A stretch of DNA of 32,000 nt, from NCBI RefSeq assembly GCF_001457615.1, contig NZ_LN831024.1:4920001-4952000 (forward strand), in the 5' to 3' direction. The notes beneath the pieces are model-generated. The model saw nothing but the letters and a program-made list of their open reading frames with translations, was not told where the DNA came from and searched no databases. The position numbers and the translations under genes are program-made. The first letter of the stretch is position 1; each line of letters starts with the position of its first letter. Origin of the DNA: Pseudomonas aeruginosa (lineage in GTDB: Bacteria; Pseudomonadota; Gammaproteobacteria; Pseudomonadales; Pseudomonadaceae). Below are positions 1 through 8,519 of the stretch, in pieces.

Positions 1-834
1 TCCGATGACCAGGTCCGTGGCTGGAGCAACGTGACCAAGGCGGTGCACGCCGCCGGCGGGCGCATCTTCCTGCAACTCTGGCACGTCGGGCGGATTTCCG
101 ATCCGCTCTACCTGAATGGCGAGCTGCCGGTGGCGCCGAGCGCCATCGCCGCCGAGGGGCACGTCAGCCTGGTGCGCCCGAAGCGTCCCTACGTCACCCC
201 GCGCGCGCTGGACACCGAGGAGATCGCCGACATCGTCGAGGCCTACCGCCAGGGCGCCGAGCGGGCCAAGGCCGCCGGCTTCGACGGCGTGGAGATCCAC
301 GGCGCCAACGGCTACCTGCTCGACCAGTTCCTCCAGGACAGCACCAACAAGCGCACCGACCGCTACGGCGGCTCCATCGAGAACCGCGCGCGCCTGCTGC
401 TGGAGGTCACCGACGCGGCGATCTCCGTATGGGGCGCCCAGCGCGTCGGCGTACACCTGGCGCCGCGTGCCGACTCCCACGACATGGGCGATTCCAACCG
501 CCTGGAAACCTTCAGCCATGTCGCCCGTGAGCTGGGCAAGCGCGGCATCGCCTTCATCTGCGCCCGCGAAGCGCAGGCCGACGACAGCATCGGCGTAGCC
601 CTGAAGAAAGCCTTCGGCGGACCCTACATCGCCAACGAGCAGTTCACCCTCGACAGCGCCAACGCCATCCTGGCCAAGGGCGACGCCGATGCGGTGGCCT
701 TCGGCGTCCCCTTCATCGCCAACCCGGACCTGGTCGAACGCCTGCGCCAGGGCGCCGAACTGAACCCGCCGCGCCCGGAAACCTTCTATACCGGCGGTAC
801 CGAAGGCTACCTGGACTATCCGACCCTGGCCTGA
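1..834 (+). CDS. xenB: NADH:flavin oxidoreductase, Old Yellow Enzyme family (xenobiotic reductase-like); 5' end lies outside the window
   Basis: Frame 1 is open from base 1 (SDDQVRGWSN precedes the tracked ORF 31..834). It carries the OYE hallmark HGANGYLLDQFLQDSTNKRTDRYGGSIENRARLLLEV. TGA at 832-834 is followed by a strong hairpin. The symbol comes from my recollection of the P. aeruginosa neighbourhood. Confidence 0.85.
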   Translation, partial: SDDQVRGWSNVTKAVHAAGGRIFLQLWHVGRISDPLYLNGELPVAPSAIAAEGHVSLVRPKRPYVTPRALDTEEIADIVEAYRQGAERAKAAGFDGVEIHGANGYLLDQFLQDSTNKRTDRYGGSIENRARLLLEVTDAAISVWGAQRVGVHLAPRADSHDMGDSNRLETFSHVARELGKRGIAFICAREAQADDSIGVALKKAFGGPYIANEQFTLDSANAILAKGDADAVAFGVPFIANPDLVERLRQGAELNPPRPETFYTGGTEGYLDYPTLA

Positions 835-849
835 TCGCGCCAGCCAGGA

Positions 850-887
850 AGAGCCCGCCACGCTTGTCGTGGCGGGCTCTGTGCTTT
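850..887. terminator. Bidirectional hairpin terminator between the convergent xenB-like gene and feoC
   Basis: A perfect 13-bp stem, AGAGCCCGCCACG (850-862) / CGTGGCGGGCTCT (868-880), with loop CTTGT. It is followed by the T-containing tail GTGCTTTG. Confidence 0.7.
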
Positions 888-893
888 GCCTGT

Positions 894-1145
894 CTAGCGC
901 AGGCGGAAATACGGCTCCGGCTCCGCGCACGGATCGCGCTGGGCGCAGCCCTTGCAACCGCCGCCGCAACCGCCCGAGCTTTGCGCAGCCACCCGCTCGA
1001 CCTTGCCGAGCGCGATCAGCCGCTCCAGGATCGCCTCCACCAGCGCCGGCGGCGCGTCCACCTGGCGGCTGAGCTGTTTCAGCCCACGCGCCTGGCCGTC
1101 TTCCAGGGCGGCGCGGATCTGCATGAGTGTCGCCATCAGTGACAT
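894..1145 (-). CDS. feoC: FeoC-like small winged-helix protein with a C-terminal Cys cluster
   Basis: The 83-aa ORF lies immediately downstream of feoB and overlaps its stop by 10 nt (1136-1145). It has a helix-turn-helix-like N-terminus (LKQLSRQVDAPPALVEAILERLIALGKVERV) and the motif CGGGCKGCAQRDPC (C-x3-C-x2-C-x5-C). Confidence 0.8.
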   Translation of the reverse strand: MSLMATLMQIRAALEDGQARGLKQLSRQVDAPPALVEAILERLIALGKVERVAAQSSGGCGGGCKGCAQRDPCAEPEPYFRLR

Positions 1146-3436
1146 CCTCCCTGCCCGCTCGGGGCATCGGCCATTCGGCCTGGCAGTTGCAGTACCTGCT
1201 CACGGCCGAACAGACGCAGGCAGGTCATCAGGATCAGGTTGAAGAGCAGCACCACGGCGATGGTCAGGACGCTACGCTCGGGGTGCGCGGCGAAGGTGGC
1301 GACCTGGTAGCAGAGGGTCGCCAGCGAGTAGGCGACGTTCAGCCCCCAGAGCACCGAGAAAGCCATCCAGCCCTTGCTGCTTTCCCGGGCGATCGCGCCC
1401 ATGGCGGTCACGCAGGGCACGTAGAGCAGGACGAAGACCAGATAGCTGTAGGCCGCGATGGGGCTGCCGAACTTGCTCGCCATGGTGCCCATCGAGCCGC
1501 TCTCCATGTCGCCGTCGGCCATGCTCGCCTCCACCGGGTTGGCCAGCACGCTGAGGCTGAAGGTATCGACCAGGCCGTCCCAGGTCTCGACCAGGGCGTC
1601 GCGCAGTTGCCCGGGCAGGTCGTAGCCTTCGTAGTCGAAGGCCTCGCCCTGGATCTGCTCGGCGGTGTAGAGGGTGTTCAGGGTGCCGACCACCACTTCC
1701 TTGGCCATCGCCCCGGTGACCAGGCCGACGGTGGCCTGCCAGTTGTCCGGCTGCACCCCGAGCGGCGCCAGCAGCGGAGTGAGACGCTGGCTGACGCTGG
1801 CCAGGGCGGAATGGCCGATGTCGCCCTGCACCGGCTTGCCGTCGAGGGTGATGCTGTTCAGGCCGCCGATCACCAGGCTGACCAGGATGATCACCTTGCC
1901 GGCCCGCACCACGAAGCCGCGCAGGCGCGACCAGGTCTGCAGCAGCAGGCTCTTAAGGTGTGGCACATGGTACAGCGGCAGTTCCATGACGAACGGCGAG
2001 GCCTCGCCGCGCATCAAAGTGTGCTTGAGCAACAGCCCGGTGAGGATCGCCACGACGATGCCGAGCAGGTACAGGGAGAAGATCACCAGCGCGCCGCCCT
2101 GGCCGAAGAAGGCCCCAGCGAATACGGCGAAGATCGCCAGGCGCGCGCCGCAGGACATGAACGGCGCCATCATGATGGTAATCAGCCGCTCGCGCTGCGC
2201 GTCCAGGGTCCGCGCGCCCATGATCGACGGTACGTTGCAGCCGAAACCGACGATCAGCGGCACGAACGACTTGCCCGGCAGGCCCAGCGCCTGCATCAGG
2301 CGGTCCATGACGAAGGCCGCGCGGGCCATGTAGCCGGAATCCTCGAGCAGCGAGAGGAACAGGTACATCAAGCCGATCTGCGGCACCAGCGGCAACACCG
2401 TGTTGACCCCGCCACCGATGCCCTGGGCGAGGAACACCGTGAGCCAATCGGGCAGGCCGAAGCGGATACCCAGCCACTGGATGCCGTCGATGAAGATCGC
2501 CGACGAGCCCTTGTCGAAGATCGGCTGTAGCGCCCCGCCGATGTTGATGGCGAAGAAGAACATCAGGTACATCACCAGCAGGAAGATCGGCAGACCCAGC
2601 CAGCGATTCAGGACGACCCGGTCGAGCCATTGGGTCAGCCGGTGCGGCTGAGCCTGCTGGTGGTCGCAGACCGCCGCGCAGATCTCGCCGATCAGCCGGT
2701 AGCGCGCATCGACGATCGCCAGCTCGGGCTCCTCACCGCAGCCCTGGCGCGCCTGTTCCAGGGTGGCGGGCGGCAAGCCCAGCGCCGGGCCGTTGAAGAT
2801 ATCGCCTTCCAGCGCCTGTAACGCCAGCCAGCGCGGCTCGATGGCCGAGGCCGCCGGAGCGCGCGTTTCCAGGAGGTAGCCGACCTGCGCCTGGATGGCC
2901 GGCGGGTAATCCACCGCCAGCGCCGCCTGCGGGAGCTGTAGGGAGTCGATGGCCGCCTTCAGTTCGTCGATGCCATCGGCGCGGGTGGATACCAGCGGCA
3001 CCACCGGGCAACCGAGACGCCGCGCCAGACCGTCAATGTCGATGCGGATGCGCTGGCTACGGGCGATGTCGAGCATGTTCAGCGCGACGATGCAGGGGAT
3101 GCCCATCTCCCGCAGCTGCACCGTGAGGTACAGGTTGCGCTCCAGGTTCGCCGCATCCACCACGTTGACCAGCACGTCGACTTCGCCGCTGGCGATGTAG
3201 CGGCAGGCGATCTGCTCGTCCAGCGAGGCCTGGGCGGAAACGCTGGTCAACGAATAGGTGCCGGGCAGGTCGACCAGGCGTACCGCGTGGCGGGCGGTGT
3301 GGAACGCACCCTCCTTGCGCTCCACGGTGACGCCGGCCCAGTTGCCGACCCGCTGGCGCGAGCCGGTGAGCTGGTTGAACAGGGTGGTCTTGCCGGAGTT
3401 GGGATTGCCGATCAGGCCGAGGGTCAATGCGGTCAT
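1136..3436 (-). CDS. feoB: Ferrous iron transporter FeoB (N-terminal G-domain plus polytopic membrane domain)
   Basis: 766 aa. It has the G1 motif GNPNSGKTTLFN and DLPGTYSL, followed by a long hydrophobic C-terminal permease region. It sits in feoA-feoB-feoC order. Confidence 0.95.
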   Translation of the reverse strand: MTALTLGLIGNPNSGKTTLFNQLTGSRQRVGNWAGVTVERKEGAFHTARHAVRLVDLPGTYSLTSVSAQASLDEQIACRYIASGEVDVLVNVVDAANLERNLYLTVQLREMGIPCIVALNMLDIARSQRIRIDIDGLARRLGCPVVPLVSTRADGIDELKAAIDSLQLPQAALAVDYPPAIQAQVGYLLETRAPAASAIEPRWLALQALEGDIFNGPALGLPPATLEQARQGCGEEPELAIVDARYRLIGEICAAVCDHQQAQPHRLTQWLDRVVLNRWLGLPIFLLVMYLMFFFAINIGGALQPIFDKGSSAIFIDGIQWLGIRFGLPDWLTVFLAQGIGGGVNTVLPLVPQIGLMYLFLSLLEDSGYMARAAFVMDRLMQALGLPGKSFVPLIVGFGCNVPSIMGARTLDAQRERLITIMMAPFMSCGARLAIFAVFAGAFFGQGGALVIFSLYLLGIVVAILTGLLLKHTLMRGEASPFVMELPLYHVPHLKSLLLQTWSRLRGFVVRAGKVIILVSLVIGGLNSITLDGKPVQGDIGHSALASVSQRLTPLLAPLGVQPDNWQATVGLVTGAMAKEVVVGTLNTLYTAEQIQGEAFDYEGYDLPGQLRDALVETWDGLVDTFSLSVLANPVEASMADGDMESGSMGTMASKFGSPIAAYSYLVFVLLYVPCVTAMGAIARESSKGWMAFSVLWGLNVAYSLATLCYQVATFAAHPERSVLTIAVVLLFNLILMTCLRLFGREQVLQLPGRMADAPSGQGGCH

Positions 3437-3453
3437 GGGGATTCCGGGCGGGG

Positions 3454-3681
3454 TCAGTCGAGCGGGACGAGGGTCAGCAGGGCGAGGTCCTTGCGCCGCA
3501 GCGCCAGGCTGGTCTGGCGGGTCTCGACCTGGATCGGGTCGCCCAGCGGGGCGATGCGCACCACGCGCAGCGCCGCGCCGGGCAGAAGCCCCATGGAGAA
3601 CAGGCGTTGGCGATAGCCGTTGCTGATGGCGGGGGAATAACCGGTGATGCGGTAGGAACGGGACGGTTGCAATGCGCTCAT
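3454..3681 (-). CDS. feoA: FeoA (small SH3-like ferrous iron transport protein)
   Basis: I chose the internal ATG at 3681 (MSALQPSRSYRITGY..., 75 aa) rather than the tracked 120-aa ORF. FeoA-type sequence GLLPGAALRVVRIAPLGDPIQVE is present. The gene ends 17 nt before the feoB start. Confidence 0.85.
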   Translation of the reverse strand: MSALQPSRSYRITGYSPAISNGYRQRLFSMGLLPGAALRVVRIAPLGDPIQVETRQTSLALRRKDLALLTLVPLD

Positions 3682-3731
3682 GGCGGATTCCAGGCAGAGG
3701 AAGGGACCAATGGCCTCCCTGGCCGGTGACC

Positions 3732-3750
3732 GAGAATCTAAACGACTCTC
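3732..3750. promoter_or_regulatory. Weak Fur-box-like dyad upstream of feoA
   Basis: GAGAATCTAAACGACTCTC is an imperfect inverted repeat (GAGAATC / GACTCTC). It matches the 19-bp Fur consensus GATAATGATAATCATTATC at 11 of 19 positions by hand alignment. It lies 51-69 nt upstream of the feoA ATG. Confidence 0.25.
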
Positions 3751-3802
3751 ACTTAAGGCTCGCTTAAGGACGCAGTATCGGAGTGGAGGAGCAGCGGATT
3801 CG

Positions 3803-3816
3803 CTGATCCAGAGCAA
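3803..3816 (-). promoter_or_regulatory. Candidate Anr/FNR-type box upstream of feoABC
   Basis: The minus strand reads TTGCTctggATCAG, against the FNR/Anr consensus TTGAT-N4-ATCAA (8 of 10). It lies about 125-135 nt upstream of the feoA start. Confidence 0.3.
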
Positions 3817-3896
3817 TGGAAGCGGGGATTTTCGCCGGGCGCGGCGAACTGTCGCCGCCAGCGCCCGGTGCGACGGGCGGCTGGCGGCGCAAGGGG

Positions 3897-4733
3897 TCAG
3901 CGGGTATTGAGCTGCTGCTGCAGGTTCTGCACCTGGGCCTGGAGGGTGTTGATGTTGCGCATCACCTGGGTGCGGAAGGCGTCGAACTCGGCGGTATTGC
4001 CGCCCTGGGCCGGGCGGTTGTCGAGCTGGCTGCGCAATACCAGCAGGTCATCCTGGATACCCTTGATCGTCTGGCTCGGGTTGCCCTGCTTCTTCAGCGC
4101 CGCGACATCGCCGCCGAGGGCCTTGAGTTGCTCGTTGGTCTTGCCCAGTTCGACCTGCAGGGCTTTCAGCTTCTCCTGTTCGGCGGCCAGTGTCTGCAGC
4201 TTGCCGTCCAGTTGCGCGACCAGTTGCGCCGCGCTTTCCTGCTGGGCCTTGAGATCGCTGGCCAGTTGGTCGAGGCGTTTGCCCTGGCCGCCGAACTGGT
4301 TGCTCACATCGGCCTGCTGGCGTTCCTGGCTGCCGAGTTTCTCCTGCAGTTGCTTGACCTGCAGGCGCAGCGCCTCGCGTTCGCTGGTGACGCTGGACTC
4401 GCTGGCGACCACCTTGCCGCGAATGTCGTCGAGGCGCCCGGCGGCTTCCTCGCTGATCCTTACGAAGCTTTCCTGGGTCGCCACCAACTGCTGTTCCATC
4501 AGGCTGATTTGCTGGTGGCTCCACCAACCCACCCCGGCGAGGGCGATCAGCATCGCCCCGAGCAGGGCCCAGAGCGGGCCGGTAGAGGCCGGACGGCGCT
4601 CCTTGGTGTCGACGACCCGGCGCTGCTCCGGTTCGTAGACGTGCCGCGGGTGGTGGCCGAATTCATCACGGTCGGCAGCATCGGTGGTCAGGCTGGGCAC
4701 ATCGTCGAGTTCGTCGAAAGCATCGTTACGCAT
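3897..4733 (-). CDS. Membrane-anchored coiled-coil protein of unknown function
   Basis: Start chosen at ATG 4733 (MRNDAFDELDD..., 278 aa). There is one TM segment (PLWALLGAMLIALAGVGWW), then about 200 aa of Q/L/K/E-rich heptad-like sequence (QLQEKLGSQERQQADVSNQ..., LKALQVELGKTNEQLKALGGDVAALKK). Confidence 0.75.
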   Translation of the reverse strand: MRNDAFDELDDVPSLTTDAADRDEFGHHPRHVYEPEQRRVVDTKERRPASTGPLWALLGAMLIALAGVGWWSHQQISLMEQQLVATQESFVRISEEAAGRLDDIRGKVVASESSVTSEREALRLQVKQLQEKLGSQERQQADVSNQFGGQGKRLDQLASDLKAQQESAAQLVAQLDGKLQTLAAEQEKLKALQVELGKTNEQLKALGGDVAALKKQGNPSQTIKGIQDDLLVLRSQLDNRPAQGGNTAEFDAFRTQVMRNINTLQAQVQNLQQQLNTR

Positions 4734-4970
4734 GGTGAAAACCTGTGAAGGGGAACGGCATCCTGCCGGAGGCCTGGAGAAAGGGCCGAATGGCGCATTA
4801 TATCGGTTCGGCCCCGCCCCTTCAGCGTCTGCTCGAAGCAAATTGCCGGACCGGGGCGCTCCACCGCGAAGCCGTGCGCCCCAAGACGGAGCGAACGTTG
4901 TCCGGCACAGACCGCCGCAGGCCGCCAGCGGTTCCCCGCCCCGCACGCCGGCGCTGGTCCGCGGCCCGCA

Positions 4971-4985
4971 TGGCACGTCGCTTGC
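4971..4985 (+). promoter_or_regulatory. Sigma-54 (RpoN) -24/-12 type promoter
   Basis: TGGCACGTCGCTTGC matches the core TGGCACG-N4-TTGC exactly. It lies 39 nt upstream of the ATG at 5024. Confidence 0.5.
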
Positions 4986-5023
4986 CTGGGCATTGCCGGG
5001 CAGATTCGAGAGCCGGAGGATGC

Positions 5024-5287
5024 ATGGAGTTGAACAAATCCTTGCTGGATTGCATGCGCGCCGTGCGCCGACGCCTACGCGAGGAACAGGCGCTGGATAT
5101 CCACTTCCAGCAACGCGATGCGATCGCCGCGATGCAGGCGGCCTGCGCCCGCTCCGGCGATGCGACGACGCGGGAGCTGGGACAGCGCCTCGGCAGGCTC
5201 AGCGGGGTCGCGCTGCCGCCGGCGGAACCTTCCCTGTTGCCCGCGCAGGCGCCGAGCCGACAATACGCCGGCCCGTTGCGCGGCTGA
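5024..5287 (+). CDS. Small hypothetical protein (87 aa)
   Basis: ATG at 5024 is preceded by the strong SD GGAGGA (5012-5017). Third codon positions are GC-rich, as in neighbouring genes. The product MELNKSLLDCMRAVRRRLREEQALDIHFQQRDAIAAMQAA... looks helical, and I do not recognise a family. Confidence 0.55.
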   Translation: MELNKSLLDCMRAVRRRLREEQALDIHFQQRDAIAAMQAACARSGDATTRELGQRLGRLSGVALPPAEPSLLPAQAPSRQYAGPLRG

Positions 5288-6277
5288 TCAGAGTCCCTGG
5301 GCGCGCCACCAGGCGCAGAACTCGTCGAGCGCGGTCCACAGGCTGACCCGCGGGTCGTAGTCGAGGTATTCGCGGGCGCGGTTGATGTCCAGGGTGAAGT
5401 TCTTCGCCATCACCGCCATGCCCAGGCGGAACAGCACCGGCTCCGGGCGCCCCGGCAGGATCCGGCAGACGCCTTCGTTGAGCGCCGCCAGGCCATAGCC
5501 GACGGCATACGGCAGGTGACCGCCGACCGGCGGCAGGTCGAGCTGGCGCATCACGTAGTTGACCGCATCCCAGAACGGTACCGGCTGCCCGTTGCTGATG
5601 TTGTAGACCTTGCCCAGCGCCGGCTCGCCGGCCAGCAGGCAACTGAACAGCGCGTCGTTGAGATTGTGCACGCTGGTGAAGTCGACCCGGTTCAGGCCGT
5701 TGCCGAGGATCCGCAGGCGTCCCTTGCGGTGGGCCTGGATCATTCGCGGGAAGATGCTGGTGTCGCCGGCGCCGACCACGAAGCGCGGACGCAGCGCCAA
5801 CACTTCCAGGCCCAGGTCGCGGGCGCTGAGCACCAGTTGCTCGGCCTGGTACTTGGTCGCCCCGTAATGGTCGGAAAAACGCCGGGGTACGTACTCTTCG
5901 TTCAGGTCCAGGTGGTCGCGCCCGTCGAAATAGATCGACGGCGACGACAGATGCACCAGGCGCCGCACCTTTTGCCGCATGCAGGCCTCGACGACGCTCT
6001 CGGCAAGCCCGACGTTGGCCGCCAGGAAGCGTTCGCGCGGTCCCCAGACTCCGACCGCGCCGGCACAATGCACCACCGCCTCGACATCCTCGCAGAGGCG
6101 CAGGACCAGCGCCGGGTCGGCGAGGTCGCCGGGAACGAACTCGGCGCCCCGCGCCACCAGATGCTCCACCGCGTCCGCACGACGACCGCTGACCCGTACC
6201 GACAGGCCCTGCTCCAGGGCGAAGCGAGCGAAACGCCCGCCGATGAAGCCCGTCGCCCCCGTTACCAGAATCCGCAT
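5288..6277 (-). CDS. NAD-dependent epimerase/dehydratase (extended SDR, 3-beta-HSD-like)
   Basis: Start at ATG 6277 (MRILVTGATGFIGGRF...) with SD GGGAGAA. It has the Rossmann motif TGATGFIG and the catalytic YGATKYQAE (YxxxK). 329 aa. Confidence 0.9.
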   Translation of the reverse strand: MRILVTGATGFIGGRFARFALEQGLSVRVSGRRADAVEHLVARGAEFVPGDLADPALVLRLCEDVEAVVHCAGAVGVWGPRERFLAANVGLAESVVEACMRQKVRRLVHLSSPSIYFDGRDHLDLNEEYVPRRFSDHYGATKYQAEQLVLSARDLGLEVLALRPRFVVGAGDTSIFPRMIQAHRKGRLRILGNGLNRVDFTSVHNLNDALFSCLLAGEPALGKVYNISNGQPVPFWDAVNYVMRQLDLPPVGGHLPYAVGYGLAALNEGVCRILPGRPEPVLFRLGMAVMAKNFTLDINRAREYLDYDPRVSLWTALDEFCAWWRAQGL

Positions 6278-6461
6278 TGCGTTTCTCCCGTTGTTCTTCT
6301 TGTGCCGCGACTCTAGCAACCCGGAGCCGCGCCACCACTGGCACAGCATGCCAGAACAACGACCTTGCGGGCCGCCGGCACGACTTGCGTTGGGCGACAG
6401 AAGCGGCGCTGCGCGCTACAAGGTCTAACCTGAAAGCCACCTGCACGCTGGGAGACGCACC

Positions 6462-7520
6462 ATGGCCAGTCACTGGATGATCTACGGCGCCAACGGCTAC
6501 ACCGGCCGGCTGGTCGCTGAACAGGCGCAGCGCGAGGGCCTGACGCCGCTCCTCGGCGGACGCAACCCGGCCGCCCTGCACGCCCTCGGCAGCCAGCTCG
6601 GGCTGGAGTGCCGGGTCTTCGACCTGGGGGATCCGCAGGCCTGCCGCGAAGCCCTGGACCAGGTGAAGGTGGTGGCCCATTGCGCCGGTCCGTTCTCCGC
6701 CACCAGCACGCCGATGATCGCCGCCTGCCGCGCCGCCGGCACCCACTACGTGGATATCACTGGAGAGATCGCGGTGTTCGAGCAGGCCCACGCCGGCGAC
6801 GCCGAGGCCCGCGAGGCCGGCATCGTGGTCTGCCCGGGCGTCGGCTTCGATGTGATCCCCACCGATTGCCTGGCCGCCTGCCTGAAGGAGGCGCTGCCGG
6901 ACGCGCAACGGCTGGCGCTGGGCTTCGACACCGGCAGCGGGCTTTCGACGGGAACCGCGAAGACCAGCGTCGAAGGCCTCAAGTTCGGCGGCAAGATCCG
7001 CGAGAATGGCCGCCTGCGCGACGTGCCGCTGGGCTACAAGCGCCGCGACATCGATTTCGGCCGCGGCCTGCGGCACGCCGTGACGATTCCCTGGGGCGAC
7101 GTGGCCACCGCCTACTACAGCACCGGCATCCCGGACATCGAGGTCTACCTGCCGGCGCCGCCGCTGCTGGCCCTGGGCATGCGCCTGATCGACCCGCTGC
7201 GTCCGCTGCTCGGTCGGCAACGGGTCCAGGACTGGCTCAAGGGGCAGGTCGACAAACGCATCGCCGGCCCCGACCAGGCGGCCCGCGAGCGCCTGCGCAC
7301 CTGGGTCTGGGGCGAGGCGCGCAACGCCCGCGGCGAACGCCGCACGGCGCGCCTGGAGACGGCCAACGTGTACGACCTGACCCTGCACGGCGTGCTCCTG
7401 GCAGTGCGCCACCTGCTGGACTACCAGGGTCCCGGCGGCTACTTCACGCCATCGCGGTTGCTCGGCGCGCGCTGCGTCGAATCGTTGCCCGGCTCCGGAC
7501 GAATCACCGTCATCGGCTGA
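6462..7520 (+). CDS. Saccharopine dehydrogenase-like NAD(P)-binding oxidoreductase
   Basis: 352 aa with SD GGGAGA upstream. The N-terminus has the Rossmann motif MIYGANGYTGRLVAEQA. Length and layout are typical of the saccharopine dehydrogenase-like family. Confidence 0.8.
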   Translation: MASHWMIYGANGYTGRLVAEQAQREGLTPLLGGRNPAALHALGSQLGLECRVFDLGDPQACREALDQVKVVAHCAGPFSATSTPMIAACRAAGTHYVDITGEIAVFEQAHAGDAEAREAGIVVCPGVGFDVIPTDCLAACLKEALPDAQRLALGFDTGSGLSTGTAKTSVEGLKFGGKIRENGRLRDVPLGYKRRDIDFGRGLRHAVTIPWGDVATAYYSTGIPDIEVYLPAPPLLALGMRLIDPLRPLLGRQRVQDWLKGQVDKRIAGPDQAARERLRTWVWGEARNARGERRTARLETANVYDLTLHGVLLAVRHLLDYQGPGGYFTPSRLLGARCVESLPGSGRITVIG

Positions 7521-8417
7521 TCAGCCTGACACCCGCACCAAGCCGTCGCCGGCGCGGGCGAGCAGGTGCTCGGTGAGCGACGCGAGCAGTTCGCCTCCGT
7601 TGCGCCAATAGTGCCAGTACAACGGTACGTCGATGACCTGGCCGGGCAGCAGCTCGACCAGTTCGCCGCGCGCCAGCTCGCCTTGCACCTGGCGCTCCGG
7701 CACCAGGCCCCAGCCGAGACCGCCGGCGGTGAGGCGGACGAAACCTTCCGAGGACGGGCAGAGGTGGTGGATGAAACCGCCCTCGACGCCGAGGTCCTTG
7801 AGAAAGCGGTGTTGCAGCAGGTCGTCCGGGCCGAACACGATCGCCGGCACACCGGCCAGGGCGGCCGCCTCGACCCCGCGGGGAAAGTGCCGGGCAATGA
7901 AATCCGGGCTGGCCAGGCCGCGATAACGCATGGCTCCGAGCAGCAGCGAACGCGCGCCGGCCACCGGCCGCGCGCTACCGCAGACGCAGCCGGCCACTTC
8001 GCCCGCGCGCATGCGCTTGAGCCCGACCTCCTGGTCCTCCACCACAAGGTCCAGCAGCACCCGCCGCTCGGCGCAGAAATCGCCCACCGCGGCGGCCCAC
8101 CAGGTCGCCAGGCTATCGGCGTTGAGAGCGATGCGCAGGCGCTCCGGGGCACCGCCTTCATCCAGGTTCGGCACCCAGCGCTGCAGGTCGCCCTCCAGCA
8201 GCCGCACCTGCTGCACATGGTTGAGCAGGCGGCGCCCGAGATCGGTGGGATGCGGCGGCGTCTCGCGCACCAGGACCGGCTGGCCGACCCGCGCCTCGAG
8301 CAGCTTGATCCGCTGCGATACCGCCGATTGCGACAGCCCCAGCGCCTGTGCGGCGCGCTCGAAACCGCCCTGCTCCACCACCGCGGCCAGCGCGGCGAGC
8401 AACTTGTAGTCGAACAA
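7521..8417 (-). CDS. argP: LysR-family transcriptional regulator, ArgP/IciA-like
   Basis: The HTH FDYKLLAALAAVVEQGGFERAAQALGLSQSAVSQRIKLLE closely resembles ArgP. There is no in-frame ATG, so I chose TTG at 8417, 9 nt after the SD AGGA (ATT or CTG just upstream are alternatives). 298 aa. It is divergent from an argO-like exporter operon, as expected for ArgP. Confidence 0.85.
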   Translation of the reverse strand: MFDYKLLAALAAVVEQGGFERAAQALGLSQSAVSQRIKLLEARVGQPVLVRETPPHPTDLGRRLLNHVQQVRLLEGDLQRWVPNLDEGGAPERLRIALNADSLATWWAAAVGDFCAERRVLLDLVVEDQEVGLKRMRAGEVAGCVCGSARPVAGARSLLLGAMRYRGLASPDFIARHFPRGVEAAALAGVPAIVFGPDDLLQHRFLKDLGVEGGFIHHLCPSSEGFVRLTAGGLGWGLVPERQVQGELARGELVELLPGQVIDVPLYWHYWRNGGELLASLTEHLLARAGDGLVRVSG

Positions 8418-8422
8418 AATCA

Positions 8423-8462
8423 GTTTTCCTAATGAGAGATCAGCAGGATTCGTTTTCCTTAT
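8423..8462. promoter_or_regulatory. Direct repeat in the argP / ACT-argO divergent region (candidate ArgP operator with a -10-like TATAAA)
   Basis: GTTTTCCTAAT (8423-8433) and GTTTTCCTTAT (8452-8462) match at 10 of 11 positions and are 29 bp apart. TTATAAA lies at 8458-8464. Confidence 0.35.
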
Positions 8463-8519
8463 AAACCGCCCGCGGCCACACTCGCCAGCACTTTTCCGAT
8501 CACCCGACGCGGACCGACC

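Noticed and set aside
3682-3816. The N-terminal extensions given by the ORF track for feoA. The same applies to the tracked starts at 4976, 6349, 13686, 14221, 14172, 26312, 26986, 28358, 29043, 29134, 30750 and 10597.
   Set aside because: Internal starts with proper SD motifs give proteins that begin where the family-typical N-terminus, signal peptide or Rossmann motif begins. The extensions are low-complexity and often overlap the neighbouring gene or its promoter.
6338-6354. CTGGCACAGCATGCCAG in the divergent SDR / saccharopine-dehydrogenase region, considered as a second sigma-54 promoter.
   Set aside because: The GG-to-GC spacing is one base short of the -24/-12 rule and there is no TTGC element. 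It is a 6-bp-arm palindrome, possibly an operator, but I cannot assign it.
5199-7412. A 737-aa minus-strand ORF spanning three annotated genes. Similar long ORFs occur at 1127..2530 (+), 8812..10092 (-), 10696..12324 (-), 14256..15746 (-), 15882..17033 (-), 17283..18377 (-), 18343..19665 (-), 19481..20809 (-), 20533..22698 (-), 22762..23874 (-) and 23814..25235 (-).
   Set aside because: These are stop-codon-poor shadow frames typical of DNA with about 66% GC. Their translations are Arg/Ala/Gly/Pro-rich low-complexity strings with no recognisable motifs or SD-linked starts. Each lies opposite, or out of frame with, a gene that has clear family signatures.
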